Assembly (NCBI GenBank): GCA_050011875.1
Contig: JBEKIG010000002.1
Location: forward strand, 1-64,000
Direction of reading: 5' to 3'
From: Nitrososphaeria archaeon
Lineage (GTDB): Archaea; Thermoproteota; Nitrososphaeria; JACIWG01
DNA length: 64,000 bases
The notes under the pieces were generated by a model. It ran no database searches and was not told the DNA's origin. It was given only the letters and a program-made list of their open reading frames with translations. Positions within the stretch are counted from its first letter, which is position 1; every line of letters begins with the position of its first letter. Made by a program: the position numbers and the translations under genes. This document shows positions 19,842 through 30,116 of the stretch, in pieces.

Positions 19842-21065
19842 CTAGAGAATATACGGTGCAACTAACATGAAACCAATAAGAAATACCAGCAGTATGCTGA
19901 CCGAATAGACGATAATGTTCACCTTCTTTTCACCTATTCTTTTTCCCAGAACCTTTTTTAAGCCGAATTTAAAGACGAACCCCCCATCTAATGGGTAGAG
20001 TGGGAGGGCGTTGAATATACCTAAACTAAAGTTTATGAGCCAAATCCAGTATAGAAGGTCAGCTAAAACAAAGTAGTTTTTCCCTAGAAAGGTGTTTGAG
20101 ACGTAGTAGGAATGAAGTTGATCTGAGAACGGTATCGATGTAGCTACATTTGGTAGAGTTGGTATTACCAAATATAGTGCTAGGTCTCTATAGGAAAAGT
20201 GCGTTATTGCTGAAAGGTAGTTGGCGGTAACCTGTTTAAGAGAAAGATCAGTTATTCCAATAAATCCTTCACTGCTGTTTGAAGGGTTCGTTGCAAGAGT
20301 AACTGTGTAATTGAGCTGCGTGCTGTTTCTTAATACTGTTAAAGTAAGGTTATTACCTGGTATATAGATGGGGTTTAGCACTTTTTGGAGGTCATCTTGA
20401 GTAACTACCTTTACACTGTTAACTGCCAAGAGGATGTCTCCAGGCATTACTCCCACTTTATATGCTGGTCCATTTGCAGGTAACTGCGTTATTAGAAGGC
20501 CATTAGTGACAGGTGTCAAAGATGAGATGATCAAAAGCAAGAAAAAAAGCGCGATCACAGATGTGATTATATTTGTTCCGGTTCCCGCTGAAATCGTCTT
20601 TGCAAATTTCTTGAAACTTGTTTTTCCAAGCTTTTCTTGCTCTTCTTCGTCCAGTTCGACGAAGGCGGCGAGGGGCAAGACTATTAAGAACGCTAGTCCA
20701 ACAAATTTTACTGGGACACCTGAAACCCTTGCCTGAATTCCATGAGCAAATTCGTGGACGATCAATGCTACGAAAAGTGCTATCCAGCCATAAACAATCG
20801 GAAAATAAGGGTTTAATCCAGGCCAGGGAAGGTTGATTGCTGGACCAATTTGTCTGATTACAACGCTAACGTTTGGATTTGTTAAAGTAAGATATATGCT
20901 AGTCAAAACAAAATAGACCGTAACAGCTGCTAATATCGGCAGCAAGAATACGAACACCCAGCCGCTTTTCTTTGCTATAGCTGTTTTAGCGGCTTTATCG
21001 AAGAAAGCCAACCCCTTATCAGTTTTTATTGTCAGAATCGGAAAGCTGAAATCTTTTTTAATCAA
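19842..21065 (-). CDS. Site-2 protease (M50) with PDZ domain
   Basis: HEFAH, PDZ (PAYKVGVMPGDILLAVN), FNALPLYPLDGG. Confidence 0.92.
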   Translation of the reverse strand: MIKKDFSFPILTIKTDKGLAFFDKAAKTAIAKKSGWVFVFLLPILAAVTVYFVLTSIYLTLTNPNVSVVIRQIGPAINLPWPGLNPYFPIVYGWIALFVALIVHEFAHGIQARVSGVPVKFVGLAFLIVLPLAAFVELDEEEQEKLGKTSFKKFAKTISAGTGTNIITSVIALFFLLLIISSLTPVTNGLLITQLPANGPAYKVGVMPGDILLAVNSVKVVTQDDLQKVLNPIYIPGNNLTLTVLRNSTQLNYTVTLATNPSNSSEGFIGITDLSLKQVTANYLSAITHFSYRDLALYLVIPTLPNVATSIPFSDQLHSYYVSNTFLGKNYFVLADLLYWIWLINFSLGIFNALPLYPLDGGFVFKFGLKKVLGKRIGEKKVNIIVYSVSILLVFLIGFMLVAPYIL

Positions 21066-21204
21066 CCTTTTTTCAACATCAAGGGTTATGATTGTTCGGT
21101 ATATGTCTTTTTAAAAGACACATAATGTTCGTATCGCCCTGTTTCTTCTCTTTTTTTATGACAAACTATAAATATGCTGTCTTAATCTTAAAAAAGAGAT
21201 TTCT

Positions 21205-22179
21205 TTGTCTATCCTAATAACAGGAGGCTCTGGTTTTATTGGTTCGTACACTATTTTGGAGCTAATAAATGAAAGGAAAGCAGAAAAAATTGTTATTTAT
21301 GATCTTGCCGCTCCTAGCTTCAGATCTATTCTCGATCGCGTAGGTAAAGAGGTGATCTACGTCGATGGTAACATTCTCGACTTTGGAAAGCTGCTTGAAA
21401 CAATTAAAAAATATGATATAAAGGGAATAATTCATACATCTCTTTTAGGCAATTTCAAGTCCATGAAAGAAAATCCCATGAACTGTATAGCAACTAATTT
21501 CAATGGCACCCTAAATGTTTTAGAATTAGCTCGAATAAACAATTTGAAGGTAGTCTATACAAGTTCAGGGGCAGTATATGGAGAAACGATGAAGCCCGCT
21601 AAGGAAATTTTTCCCATAAGACCTGGCGATATGTACGGAATGATAAAAGCTACATGTGAACTCCTAGGCGAACAATACGCTAAAACATATGATTTAGATT
21701 ATGTAGCCGTAAGACTTTATTTTGTCTACGGTCAGGATCGATTGTACATTTCTAGGCCTTTCAAAGAATTACTTGATCCTCCAATTACGCCCACGGATGT
21801 ACTTACGGCGTTCGTCCAACAAAGTGTAAGAGGTGAAGCATTAAAATTTAAAAAAGGTGGCGACCTAGACCTAGATTTTACTTACGTTAAAGATGCAGCT
21901 CATGGAGTTTTGTTGGCTTACTTCACTAAAAAACCGCCTCATAGGGTTTACAATATCTCATCCGGTGAAGCTCACAGTCTTAAGGAAATAGCACAAATCA
22001 TTAACAGATATTCTGGCAGCAAATATGTGGAGATAGGGTCAGGAACTGTAGAAGGTTGGCCTCCTAGGCCAAAGTTTTTGGATAACACTTTGGCGAGAAA
22101 TGAATTGGGCTATATTCCGCAGTTTGATATTGATAAGGGTCTAATTGAATTTTATCGGATGGTTAAAGGTCATCCATAA
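21205..22179 (+). CDS. NAD-dependent epimerase/dehydratase (extended SDR)
   Basis: TGGSGFIG, TSSGAVYG, YGMIK. Confidence 0.9.
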   Translation: MSILITGGSGFIGSYTILELINERKAEKIVIYDLAAPSFRSILDRVGKEVIYVDGNILDFGKLLETIKKYDIKGIIHTSLLGNFKSMKENPMNCIATNFNGTLNVLELARINNLKVVYTSSGAVYGETMKPAKEIFPIRPGDMYGMIKATCELLGEQYAKTYDLDYVAVRLYFVYGQDRLYISRPFKELLDPPITPTDVLTAFVQQSVRGEALKFKKGGDLDLDFTYVKDAAHGVLLAYFTKKPPHRVYNISSGEAHSLKEIAQIINRYSGSKYVEIGSGTVEGWPPRPKFLDNTLARNELGYIPQFDIDKGLIEFYRMVKGHP

Positions 22180-22223
22180 ATAACTATAAATAGGATAATT
22201 AATCAAGAGGTAAAGAAGACATT

Positions 22224-23201
22224 TTGGCAGTTCTTATAACGGGAGGTTCGGGTCTCGTAGGTTCCCATATTATTATGGAATTGTTAGAAGAAAAAAAAGC
22301 AGAAAAGGTAATTATATACGACGTCGCTACTCCAAGGAACAGTTTTGTAATCAAACATCTTGGTAAAGAGGTTATATATGTTGATGGAAACGTTCTAGAT
22401 CCAGGTAGACTATTTGAGACAGTAAAGAAATATAATGTAGATGGCATTATCCATACGACTGCTTTTATTAACTACAAATACATCGTCTCTAACCCGATGA
22501 TCAGCATACAAACAAATGTTACGGGCACACTGAATGTTTTAGAGCTAGCTCGTATAAACGATCTAAAAATAGTTTTCACGAGCTCAGGCGCCGTATATGG
22601 TAAAGTTAAAAACTATGCAACTGAAAAAATGCCTGTTAAACCAACCGACATATATGGAGTCACAAAATCAGCTGGGGAAATGTTAGGGGAACAGTATTCT
22701 AGAACATATGGAATAGACTTCATCACAGTCAGGCTCTATTTTATATATGGTTATGGGCAATCACTTAATGTCGAATCTCTGGAGCAAGCGTTAAGTCCCC
22801 CAGTACACCCTCTAAACATACTGTACCTCTTTATGCTAAAGAGCGTGAAGGAAGAATCATTGAGAATAGAAAACGGTGGCGATTCAAAGTTAGATTTAAC
22901 ATATGTAAAGGACGCCGCCCACGGTGTGCTCTTAGCTTATTACGCTAAAAAGCCTCGACATAAAATATACAACATCTCATCCGGGCAATCGCATTCTCTT
23001 AAAGAGATCGCTGAAATTATTAATCAGCACACTGGCAGAAAGTTTATTCAGATAGGTTCAGGGATGATTGAAGGTTGGCCCCAAAGGGCGCAATATCTAG
23101 ATAATACATTGGCAAAAAGAGAGTTAGGTTACAGTCCAAGGTATGGCGTTAAAGGGGGGTTAACCGAATTCTACGACCTGATTAAAAAAGATCGAATGTA
23201 A
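22224..23201 (+). CDS. NAD-dependent epimerase/dehydratase, tandem paralog
   Basis: TGGSGLVG, TSSGAVYG, YGVTK; long shared blocks with the upstream gene. Confidence 0.9.
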   Translation: MAVLITGGSGLVGSHIIMELLEEKKAEKVIIYDVATPRNSFVIKHLGKEVIYVDGNVLDPGRLFETVKKYNVDGIIHTTAFINYKYIVSNPMISIQTNVTGTLNVLELARINDLKIVFTSSGAVYGKVKNYATEKMPVKPTDIYGVTKSAGEMLGEQYSRTYGIDFITVRLYFIYGYGQSLNVESLEQALSPPVHPLNILYLFMLKSVKEESLRIENGGDSKLDLTYVKDAAHGVLLAYYAKKPRHKIYNISSGQSHSLKEIAEIINQHTGRKFIQIGSGMIEGWPQRAQYLDNTLAKRELGYSPRYGVKGGLTEFYDLIKKDRM

Positions 23202-23292
23202 AGGCTCTATTAAATTACTTTAAGATAATTGGTCAGCAAAACTTTAATAAATAATAACAGCTTCTCTTTTTTTATTAAATTAAATTTTAAAG

Positions 23293-25017
23293 ATGGATGG
23301 TATGAAAAATTTTGATGTCGCAAAGATCTTGAGAGAAATTGCTTTTTTCCTAGAGATGAATGATGTTCAATTTAAACCTAGGGCGTACGAAAAAGCTGCG
23401 AGGTCGGTAGAAGCGCTAGAAGATGATGTAGACGAAATATATCAAAAGGGCGGGATTAAAGCGCTACTGGAAATTCCTGGCGTAGGTCAAAATATAGCTA
23501 AGAAAATTGAGGAACTCGTTAAAACAGGCAAGCTCGAATACTATGAAGAATTAAAGAAAGAGGCTCCAGTCGACCTAGAAAGCTTCACGGGTATTGAAGG
23601 GCTCGGACCAAAAACAATCAAGGTACTCTGGCAAAAGTTGAAAGTTAAAAATATAGATGATTTAGAGAAGGCCGCGCTTGCTCACAGAATACGCTCACTT
23701 CCAGGATTCCAAGAAAAATCCGAGCAGAAAATTCTAAAAGGTATTGAATTCGCAAAAAAAAACAAAGGAAGGCATATGCTTGGATACGTTCTTCCTATAA
23801 TACATAAAATAGAAAACCGATTAAGTTCACTTCCAGAAATTAAAATAGCATTAGTTGCAGGCTCTATAAGAAGGATGAAAGAAACCGTTGGTGACGCTGA
23901 TTTCCTAGTCATATCTGATAATTCAAAAAAAGTAATGGACTTCTTCGTTTCTATGCCTGAGGTTGAAGACATCTTAGTCAAAGGTGAAACAAAGACTTCC
24001 GTTAGACTGAAAATTGGCATGGATGCAGACATTAGAGTTCTGCAGGAACAAAGCTTTGGTGCAGCTCTACAATATTTTACTGGAAACAAGGATCATAATA
24101 TAGCTCTAAGAAGAAGAGCGCAGGACATGGGATGGAAGCTCAGCGAATATGGTTTATTTCAAAGCGACAGACAAATAGCTGGTAAAACGGAGGAAGATGT
24201 TTATAATAAATTGGGTCTACAATGGATTCCTCCAGAATTGAGAGAAAACAATGGAGAGATAGAAGCTGCAGAGGTAAACAGTCTGCCAAAATTGATCGAT
24301 TACGGAGATCTTAGGGGAGATCTCCAAGTTCACTCGAACTGGACCGACGGAACCAATTCAATAAAAGAAATGGCTTTGTATGCAAAGAAAATTGGTTTAG
24401 AATATATTGTAATATCTGATCACTCTAAATCTCTAGCCATGACTGGGGGTTTAGATGAGAATATGATATTAAAGCAGGCAAGCGAAATAGATGAATTGAA
24501 CGAGCAACTTTCTGGAATAAGAATTTTAAAGGGTGTCGAATTGAATATCCTAAAGGACGGTCGTTTGGATATATCAGACAAAATTCTCGAAACTTTAGAT
24601 GTAGTAGGCGCATCTATTCATTCGCATTTTAACTTAAGTAAAGAAGAGATGACAGAAAGGGCTTTAAAGGCTATAGCAAATAATAACGTGGATATATTTT
24701 ATCATCCGACTGGAAGACTAATTCAAAGGAGAGAGCCAATCCAGTTGGACATAGAAAAAATAATTGAAGCTTCAAAGGATAATGGAACAATTTTAGACAT
24801 AGATTCTTTTCCGGATAGGTTGGATTTAAAGGACGAACATATAAGGAAGGCCGTTAAGGCTGGAGCAAAACTTGGAATAAGCTCTGATTCGCATAATGTA
24901 CTTCATCTACATTTTCTAGAACTAGGCGTTGCTCAGGGGAGAAGAGGATGGGCAACCGCCAAAGACGTAGTTAATACTAGGAAATTGAAAGAATTTTTAA
25001 GAATGGTGAAATCTTAA
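23293..25017 (+). CDS. polX: DNA polymerase X with PHP domain
   Basis: HhH motifs, GS.RR.KETVGDAD, YFTG.K.HN, SEYGLF; PHP H.SNWTDG, SDHS, SDSH. Confidence 0.95.
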   Translation: MDGMKNFDVAKILREIAFFLEMNDVQFKPRAYEKAARSVEALEDDVDEIYQKGGIKALLEIPGVGQNIAKKIEELVKTGKLEYYEELKKEAPVDLESFTGIEGLGPKTIKVLWQKLKVKNIDDLEKAALAHRIRSLPGFQEKSEQKILKGIEFAKKNKGRHMLGYVLPIIHKIENRLSSLPEIKIALVAGSIRRMKETVGDADFLVISDNSKKVMDFFVSMPEVEDILVKGETKTSVRLKIGMDADIRVLQEQSFGAALQYFTGNKDHNIALRRRAQDMGWKLSEYGLFQSDRQIAGKTEEDVYNKLGLQWIPPELRENNGEIEAAEVNSLPKLIDYGDLRGDLQVHSNWTDGTNSIKEMALYAKKIGLEYIVISDHSKSLAMTGGLDENMILKQASEIDELNEQLSGIRILKGVELNILKDGRLDISDKILETLDVVGASIHSHFNLSKEEMTERALKAIANNNVDIFYHPTGRLIQRREPIQLDIEKIIEASKDNGTILDIDSFPDRLDLKDEHIRKAVKAGAKLGISSDSHNVLHLHFLELGVAQGRRGWATAKDVVNTRKLKEFLRMVKS

Positions 25018-25190
25018 AGATGACCTCTCTTATTTGTCACGCTTAATGAAAAAAAAGACAATAGAAGGTCGTCAAAGAGCTTTTTAAATATAAACAAATA
25101 TGTTATATAATTTAGGTTGCAAGCGTTCACCCAAATTAGATGGTGTGATTTCTTAAAAGATTAAAATAGACATTTGATGCCTACTTTGCT

Positions 25191-26228
25191 ATGTCTATTC
25201 GTGTTGCTGTATACGGCCTTGGTCCTATAGGTATCTTAATAGCTAAAGAAACCCTAAAGAAAAAGGATTTAAATCTTGTTGCAGCGTTTGACATCGACCC
25301 ATTGAAAATTGGCAAAGATTTAGGAGACATCCTTGGAATAGAAGAGAAAATAGGAATATACGTTGATGATGATGCTAACGCGTTGCAGACTCTAAAGAAC
25401 AGCGGCGTAAAGGTAGTTTTACATTCAACGTCAACCTACCTAGATAAAAATTATGCCCAAATCGTCAAATGTGTTGAAGCAGGTGCAAATGTTATTTCAA
25501 CATCTGAAACACTTTCAAACCCGTGGTTTCGCTACCCAGAGCTTGCAACACTTCTTGATGAGCTAGCTAAAAAATATTGTACTTCTATAATCGGAACTGG
25601 AATCAACCCTGGGTTCATCTTTGACACTCTTCCCATAGTCATGACTTCTGTATGCACTGAAGTCAACAGCATTCACGTCACAAGGTCTCTTGACGCTTCA
25701 AAGAGAAGATATTCATTCCAAAAGAAATATGGTTTAGGTTTAAAAGTTGATGACTTTAAAGATAAAATAGAAAAAGGAGAATTAACCGCTCACACAGGTT
25801 ATAGTGAATCGATCAATTTGATAGCTAACGCGTTAGGTGTCAACCTAGATAAAATCATTGAAGGACAAGAGCCCCTGATCGCTAAGAAGGATATGAAAAC
25901 ACAATTTTTCAATATTAGAGAAGGTCAAGTTTCCGGTATACACGGTTTTGGAGTTGGCTTACTTAATGGTGAAGAATTTATCAAAATCGAACTTTCTGCT
26001 GAAGTAGACGGGATTGAGTTTGAAGAAGTTACAATTGAAGGTACTCCACCTATAAAATGGAGGAGCTCGGGAATCTCCGGTGATATCGCCACGGCAGCTA
26101 TGGTAATAAACATGATTCCGAAGATACTCACCTCAAAACCTGGCTTACGCCGTATGTGCGATATTCCGTACCCATCTGCCTTTTTGAGTTTGGAAAATTC
26201 AATTAAGGAAGAGGATCGACCTGCTTGA
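25191..26228 (+). CDS. 2,4-diaminopentanoate dehydrogenase/DapB-like NAD(P) oxidoreductase
   Basis: YGLGPIG Rossmann, GTGINPGF.FD.LP, GD.ATAA...N.IP. Confidence 0.75.
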   Translation: MSIRVAVYGLGPIGILIAKETLKKKDLNLVAAFDIDPLKIGKDLGDILGIEEKIGIYVDDDANALQTLKNSGVKVVLHSTSTYLDKNYAQIVKCVEAGANVISTSETLSNPWFRYPELATLLDELAKKYCTSIIGTGINPGFIFDTLPIVMTSVCTEVNSIHVTRSLDASKRRYSFQKKYGLGLKVDDFKDKIEKGELTAHTGYSESINLIANALGVNLDKIIEGQEPLIAKKDMKTQFFNIREGQVSGIHGFGVGLLNGEEFIKIELSAEVDGIEFEEVTIEGTPPIKWRSSGISGDIATAAMVINMIPKILTSKPGLRRMCDIPYPSAFLSLENSIKEEDRPA

Positions 26229-27526
26229 ACTACATTAGGAAAACAGCCTTATCAAGGAATTTATTCGAAAAGGCAAGAAAATATATTCCTGGTGGATCAG
26301 CTTATGCAATTAGATATTTCGAACCCTATCCTTTCTACGTTAAAAGGGCATTGGGGAGTAGAATTTGGGATGTCGACGATAACGAGTACATAGACTTTTG
26401 GACTGTTCATTTCGCAGCGATTTTTGGACACGGTTATGCACCGGTAATGTCGGCTGTTAAGGAACAACTTGATTTAGGTGCTCACTTTGGATGGTGCAAT
26501 GAATGGGAAGTGAAATGGGCTGAAAAAGTATGTGGCTGGTTCAGAGCTGACAAAGTAAAACCGGCTAACAGCGGTACAGAATCCAACATGTACGCTATTA
26601 GCCTAGCAAGAGCTTACACAGGAAAGAAGAAGGTTGGTAAGATGGAAGGAGGATGGCATGGGGGATTCGATGGATTAAATAGAGCTGTCAATTATCCTTA
26701 CAACCAACCTTCCAATATGAATCCAACTTCAACAGAAGACATAATACCTCTACCTTTTAACGATCTCGACGGTTTAATCAAGAAGGTTTCGCAAGAGGAA
26801 TTGGCTTGCATAACAGTTGAACCGATGTTGGGTTCAGCTGGAGCTATTCCAGCTAAAAAAGAGTTTCTCAAGGGTTTAAGGGAATTCTGTGATAAAAAGA
26901 GTGTCGTACTCATTTTTGACGAAGTTATTACAGGATTCCGTCATCCAGGTGGGCTCCAACAGCACTTTGGCGTAAAACCCGATTTGACAACAATGGGTAA
27001 GACAGTGGGTGGACAGTATTTTGCTGGAGCCGGAGGCATCTGTGGACGATCAGAAATAATGGATTTGCTTGACCAAACTCGAAGGAAGGATTTTTGGGAG
27101 CGTCCAGCTCATGGAGGAACATACGTTGGTAACGCGGTAACAATGAGAGCAGGATATGTCACGATATCGGAGCTCGAAAGACAAAGAGACAAAGTATACA
27201 AACATATAGATTCACTAGGCGAATATGGTAGAAAAAGATTCACTGAGATCATGGAAGAAAACAGATTTGAAGCCTACATCACTGGTATATGCTCGATGTT
27301 TGGGCTTCATTTTACGAAAGAAATTCCAATAAACGGTGAAACAGCAGAAAGGACAAAGGATAAAAAATTATGTAGCGATCTATTTGCTTATTTGATACAA
27401 AATGGTATCGCATATCTGACGCCGAAATCACCACATTTTGCTGTTTCAAACGCTCATAAAAAAGAAGATTTAGATTATTTATCGACTAAAGTTAAAGAAT
27501 TCATAAAAAGCAAGAAGGAGCGGTAA
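26225..27526 (+). CDS. Class III PLP aminotransferase (GSA aminomutase-like)
   Basis: G.RIWDVD.NEYID, NSGTE, LIFDEVITGFR, PDLTTMGK. Confidence 0.85.
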   Translation: MNYIRKTALSRNLFEKARKYIPGGSAYAIRYFEPYPFYVKRALGSRIWDVDDNEYIDFWTVHFAAIFGHGYAPVMSAVKEQLDLGAHFGWCNEWEVKWAEKVCGWFRADKVKPANSGTESNMYAISLARAYTGKKKVGKMEGGWHGGFDGLNRAVNYPYNQPSNMNPTSTEDIIPLPFNDLDGLIKKVSQEELACITVEPMLGSAGAIPAKKEFLKGLREFCDKKSVVLIFDEVITGFRHPGGLQQHFGVKPDLTTMGKTVGGQYFAGAGGICGRSEIMDLLDQTRRKDFWERPAHGGTYVGNAVTMRAGYVTISELERQRDKVYKHIDSLGEYGRKRFTEIMEENRFEAYITGICSMFGLHFTKEIPINGETAERTKDKKLCSDLFAYLIQNGIAYLTPKSPHFAVSNAHKKEDLDYLSTKVKEFIKSKKER

Positions 27527-27626
27527 AGTATATGGCAAGATTTCTGCTACACTTTTAAATGATTCACTATACTTTCAAGTATGCAATAGGAAATATTATA
27601 TACCAAGATGAGATTTTGAGATATAT

Positions 27627-28265
27627 TTGTCAGAAGTTGGAGAACAGATTATAAAAGCTATAAAAGAACTTGTGGAACAAAAAATATTATTCGCTAAGGG
27701 TGGGAACTTGAGTGCGAGATATGGTAAGGAACAACTAATTGTAACCTCGTCTGGAAAGGACTACTCTACAGTCAAAGCAGATGACCTGGTCATAACAGAT
27801 TATGAGGGTAAGATAATTAAAGGCGAAAAGAAACCTTCTTCAGAGCTGCCGCTGCACTTAGCAATATACAAACGTAGGTCAGATGTTCAATCAATTATAC
27901 ATACACATGCAATATGGCCTTATATTCTTTCGGTATGTCATCGCAGTCTACCTGCCGTCTCAGATGAATTCACGATCCTATTAGGTGGCGAAATAAAAGT
28001 CTCAGAATATAAATTCCTTGGAACAAAAGACTTGGGAGATAGTGTGGCAGAGGCCTTAGGTATGAATAACGCCGCCTTGATAGCAAACCACGGCTGCGTA
28101 ACAGTCGGTAGAAGTGTAGAAGAAGCATTAGAGAACATGGTGGTCTTGACAAATTTCTCAAAGATCTATGTGCTCGGAAGCATCTTCGGCAAAGTCTACC
28201 CACTACCTGATTGGGCGATTGAAAAGGAAAAAGAACTCTATAACAAAATGTTCGGTCAGAAATAG
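27627..28265 (+). CDS. Class II aldolase/adducin family (FucA/AraD-like)
   Basis: GGNLSAR, PSSE..LH..IY, IIHTH, NHG. Confidence 0.9.
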   Translation: MSEVGEQIIKAIKELVEQKILFAKGGNLSARYGKEQLIVTSSGKDYSTVKADDLVITDYEGKIIKGEKKPSSELPLHLAIYKRRSDVQSIIHTHAIWPYILSVCHRSLPAVSDEFTILLGGEIKVSEYKFLGTKDLGDSVAEALGMNNAALIANHGCVTVGRSVEEALENMVVLTNFSKIYVLGSIFGKVYPLPDWAIEKEKELYNKMFGQK

Positions 28266-28550
28266 ACCTTTTTCATTCCTTTTTATATATCTACTTTTAT
28301 TGTTTCTTTCATTTGTTAATATAATCTTCTAACATCAGAGTAAACTGATTGCCGCATACAAAATCCCAAAAAAGAATTCAAAGATGTGTAAATGTCTGAT
28401 AAGTATAAACTTTGGAAGTTTCGCAATATTAGATGTTTTATCAGATTGTTCGCTAAATAAGATCTTATCGTCTAAAGTACTGAGCAAGATTTTTTTATTA
28501 AGAAAAGGTTAACAACAAGAATTTTTTAAAAGTTCTTCTTTAGCTGATCT

Positions 28551-29999
28551 TCAAAGAATTTCAGCTAAAGACTTGATGATGGCTTTGTATTCTTCAGCAA
28601 GCTTATCGTAGACTCCTTTTTTCTCAGGGTTTGGCTTAAATTTTGCCTTGAACTTCACCGATTCGCTCACTAATTCGTTTAAGTCACATCCTTTAGTTCC
28701 CCATACTGCTAAAATAGCGGATCCAAGAGCGGAATCCGGTTCTTCTACGGCTTTTGTCTCTTTTCCTGTAGCGTCGGCTATTATCTGCATTAAAAGTGTA
28801 TTCTTAGAAGCGCCACCACAAATTCTTAAATCATAAAAGTTTGTTCCAGTTACTTCTTCAACTGCCGAAAGCATTGTTCTCAAGGTTATAGTACTGCCCT
28901 CTAAGAGGCTTCTAAATATGTGTCCAGCAGTCATGTTTTTTTCGTTCATACCTATCAAGAAACCTTTAACGTTAGGATAAGTCTTCGGTACTCTTACGCC
29001 AAACCATTCTGTGCAGGCCATCAGACTATCCGACCCTGCAGGAACATTTTTTGCTAATTCCGTTAACTCATCCAGATTTGTTTTCAGAAGCCTACTCATC
29101 GAATCAAATGCTACTGAGCCTGCGTTAGTGAATCCACCTGCGAGATACGTGTTGTTAACATAAGTTTTATAATAAAATCTTCCATTTACGTCAGGTATAA
29201 TTTTATCAACGATCGCATGAAGTGTTAAAGACGTTCCAATAGTAACATTAACCTGGCCAGCATTTAAGGAACCTGAGGTTACATCACCTGCACTCGCGTC
29301 TGTAATGCCATTGACGATAGGTATGTCTTTAGGTAAACCCAACTTGGATGCCTCTTCACTTGTATAGCCGACTATTGAGCCAATCTGTTTAACTTCCGGC
29401 ATAATTTCTATCGGTATTTCCACATCTTTGTAAATATCCTCCAAATATCCTTCCCCCTGCAGTAAGGCATGTGCTTTACCTGCAGTATTAGAAGACGTTA
29501 CAGCTATTCCACAAAGTTTATAGACTATATAGTCGCTCTCATGTAGTACTTTGTATGTTTTGCTAAACCCCTCAAAATTATCCTTTAGCCAAATAAGCTT
29601 AGGTATAACAAGCTGAGGAAGTAGAGGCAAGAACTTTTCAAAATCTACGGCCGCCTGGCTTCTTAGTCTCAGCTGTTCTACCCCATTTTTTCCTCTACTA
29701 TCATTGTACATTATTAGATTATATAATTCATTTCCGTCTTTGTTGATTAAACCTATTGTTCCACTTGTCGCGTCAACACAAAGGCCAGAAACTTGATTCA
29801 ATAACTTTAACTGAGTTAGAGCTTCCTTAGTTCTTTCCCATATCGCTTTTGCACTTCTTTCCGAAAACCCTTCTCTAGGTTGAATCAATAGATCATACAC
29901 GGGTACACTAGACTTCTCAAACACTTCTCCTTTGCTCGATATTATCGTAGCTTTTATATTCTTGGTACCAATGTCCAATCCAAGATAGAGTTCGGACAT
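28551..29999 (-). CDS. FGGY-family carbohydrate kinase
   Basis: LGLDIGT..IK, MYND.R, GTS, GGAS.N....Q..AD, ALGSA. Confidence 0.9.
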   Translation of the reverse strand: MSELYLGLDIGTKNIKATIISSKGEVFEKSSVPVYDLLIQPREGFSERSAKAIWERTKEALTQLKLLNQVSGLCVDATSGTIGLINKDGNELYNLIMYNDSRGKNGVEQLRLRSQAAVDFEKFLPLLPQLVIPKLIWLKDNFEGFSKTYKVLHESDYIVYKLCGIAVTSSNTAGKAHALLQGEGYLEDIYKDVEIPIEIMPEVKQIGSIVGYTSEEASKLGLPKDIPIVNGITDASAGDVTSGSLNAGQVNVTIGTSLTLHAIVDKIIPDVNGRFYYKTYVNNTYLAGGFTNAGSVAFDSMSRLLKTNLDELTELAKNVPAGSDSLMACTEWFGVRVPKTYPNVKGFLIGMNEKNMTAGHIFRSLLEGSTITLRTMLSAVEEVTGTNFYDLRICGGASKNTLLMQIIADATGKETKAVEEPDSALGSAILAVWGTKGCDLNELVSESVKFKAKFKPNPEKKGVYDKLAEEYKAIIKSLAEIL

Positions 30000-30116
30000 T
30001 AAAGAAGCACTTTAAAAAAAGAGGTTACGACCATATTTAAGCTTTATAGGCGCCCCTGTGTAAATCAAAAAAGTAAATATATATAAGGATGGAACAAGTT
30101 TTCTTGGTGTATTTCG

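Noticed and set aside
23293-25017. PolX as mobile-element or defence cargo
   Set aside because: Canonical PolX-PHP with intact catalytic Asp residues and no linked mobility genes; a known sporadic archaeal repair gene.
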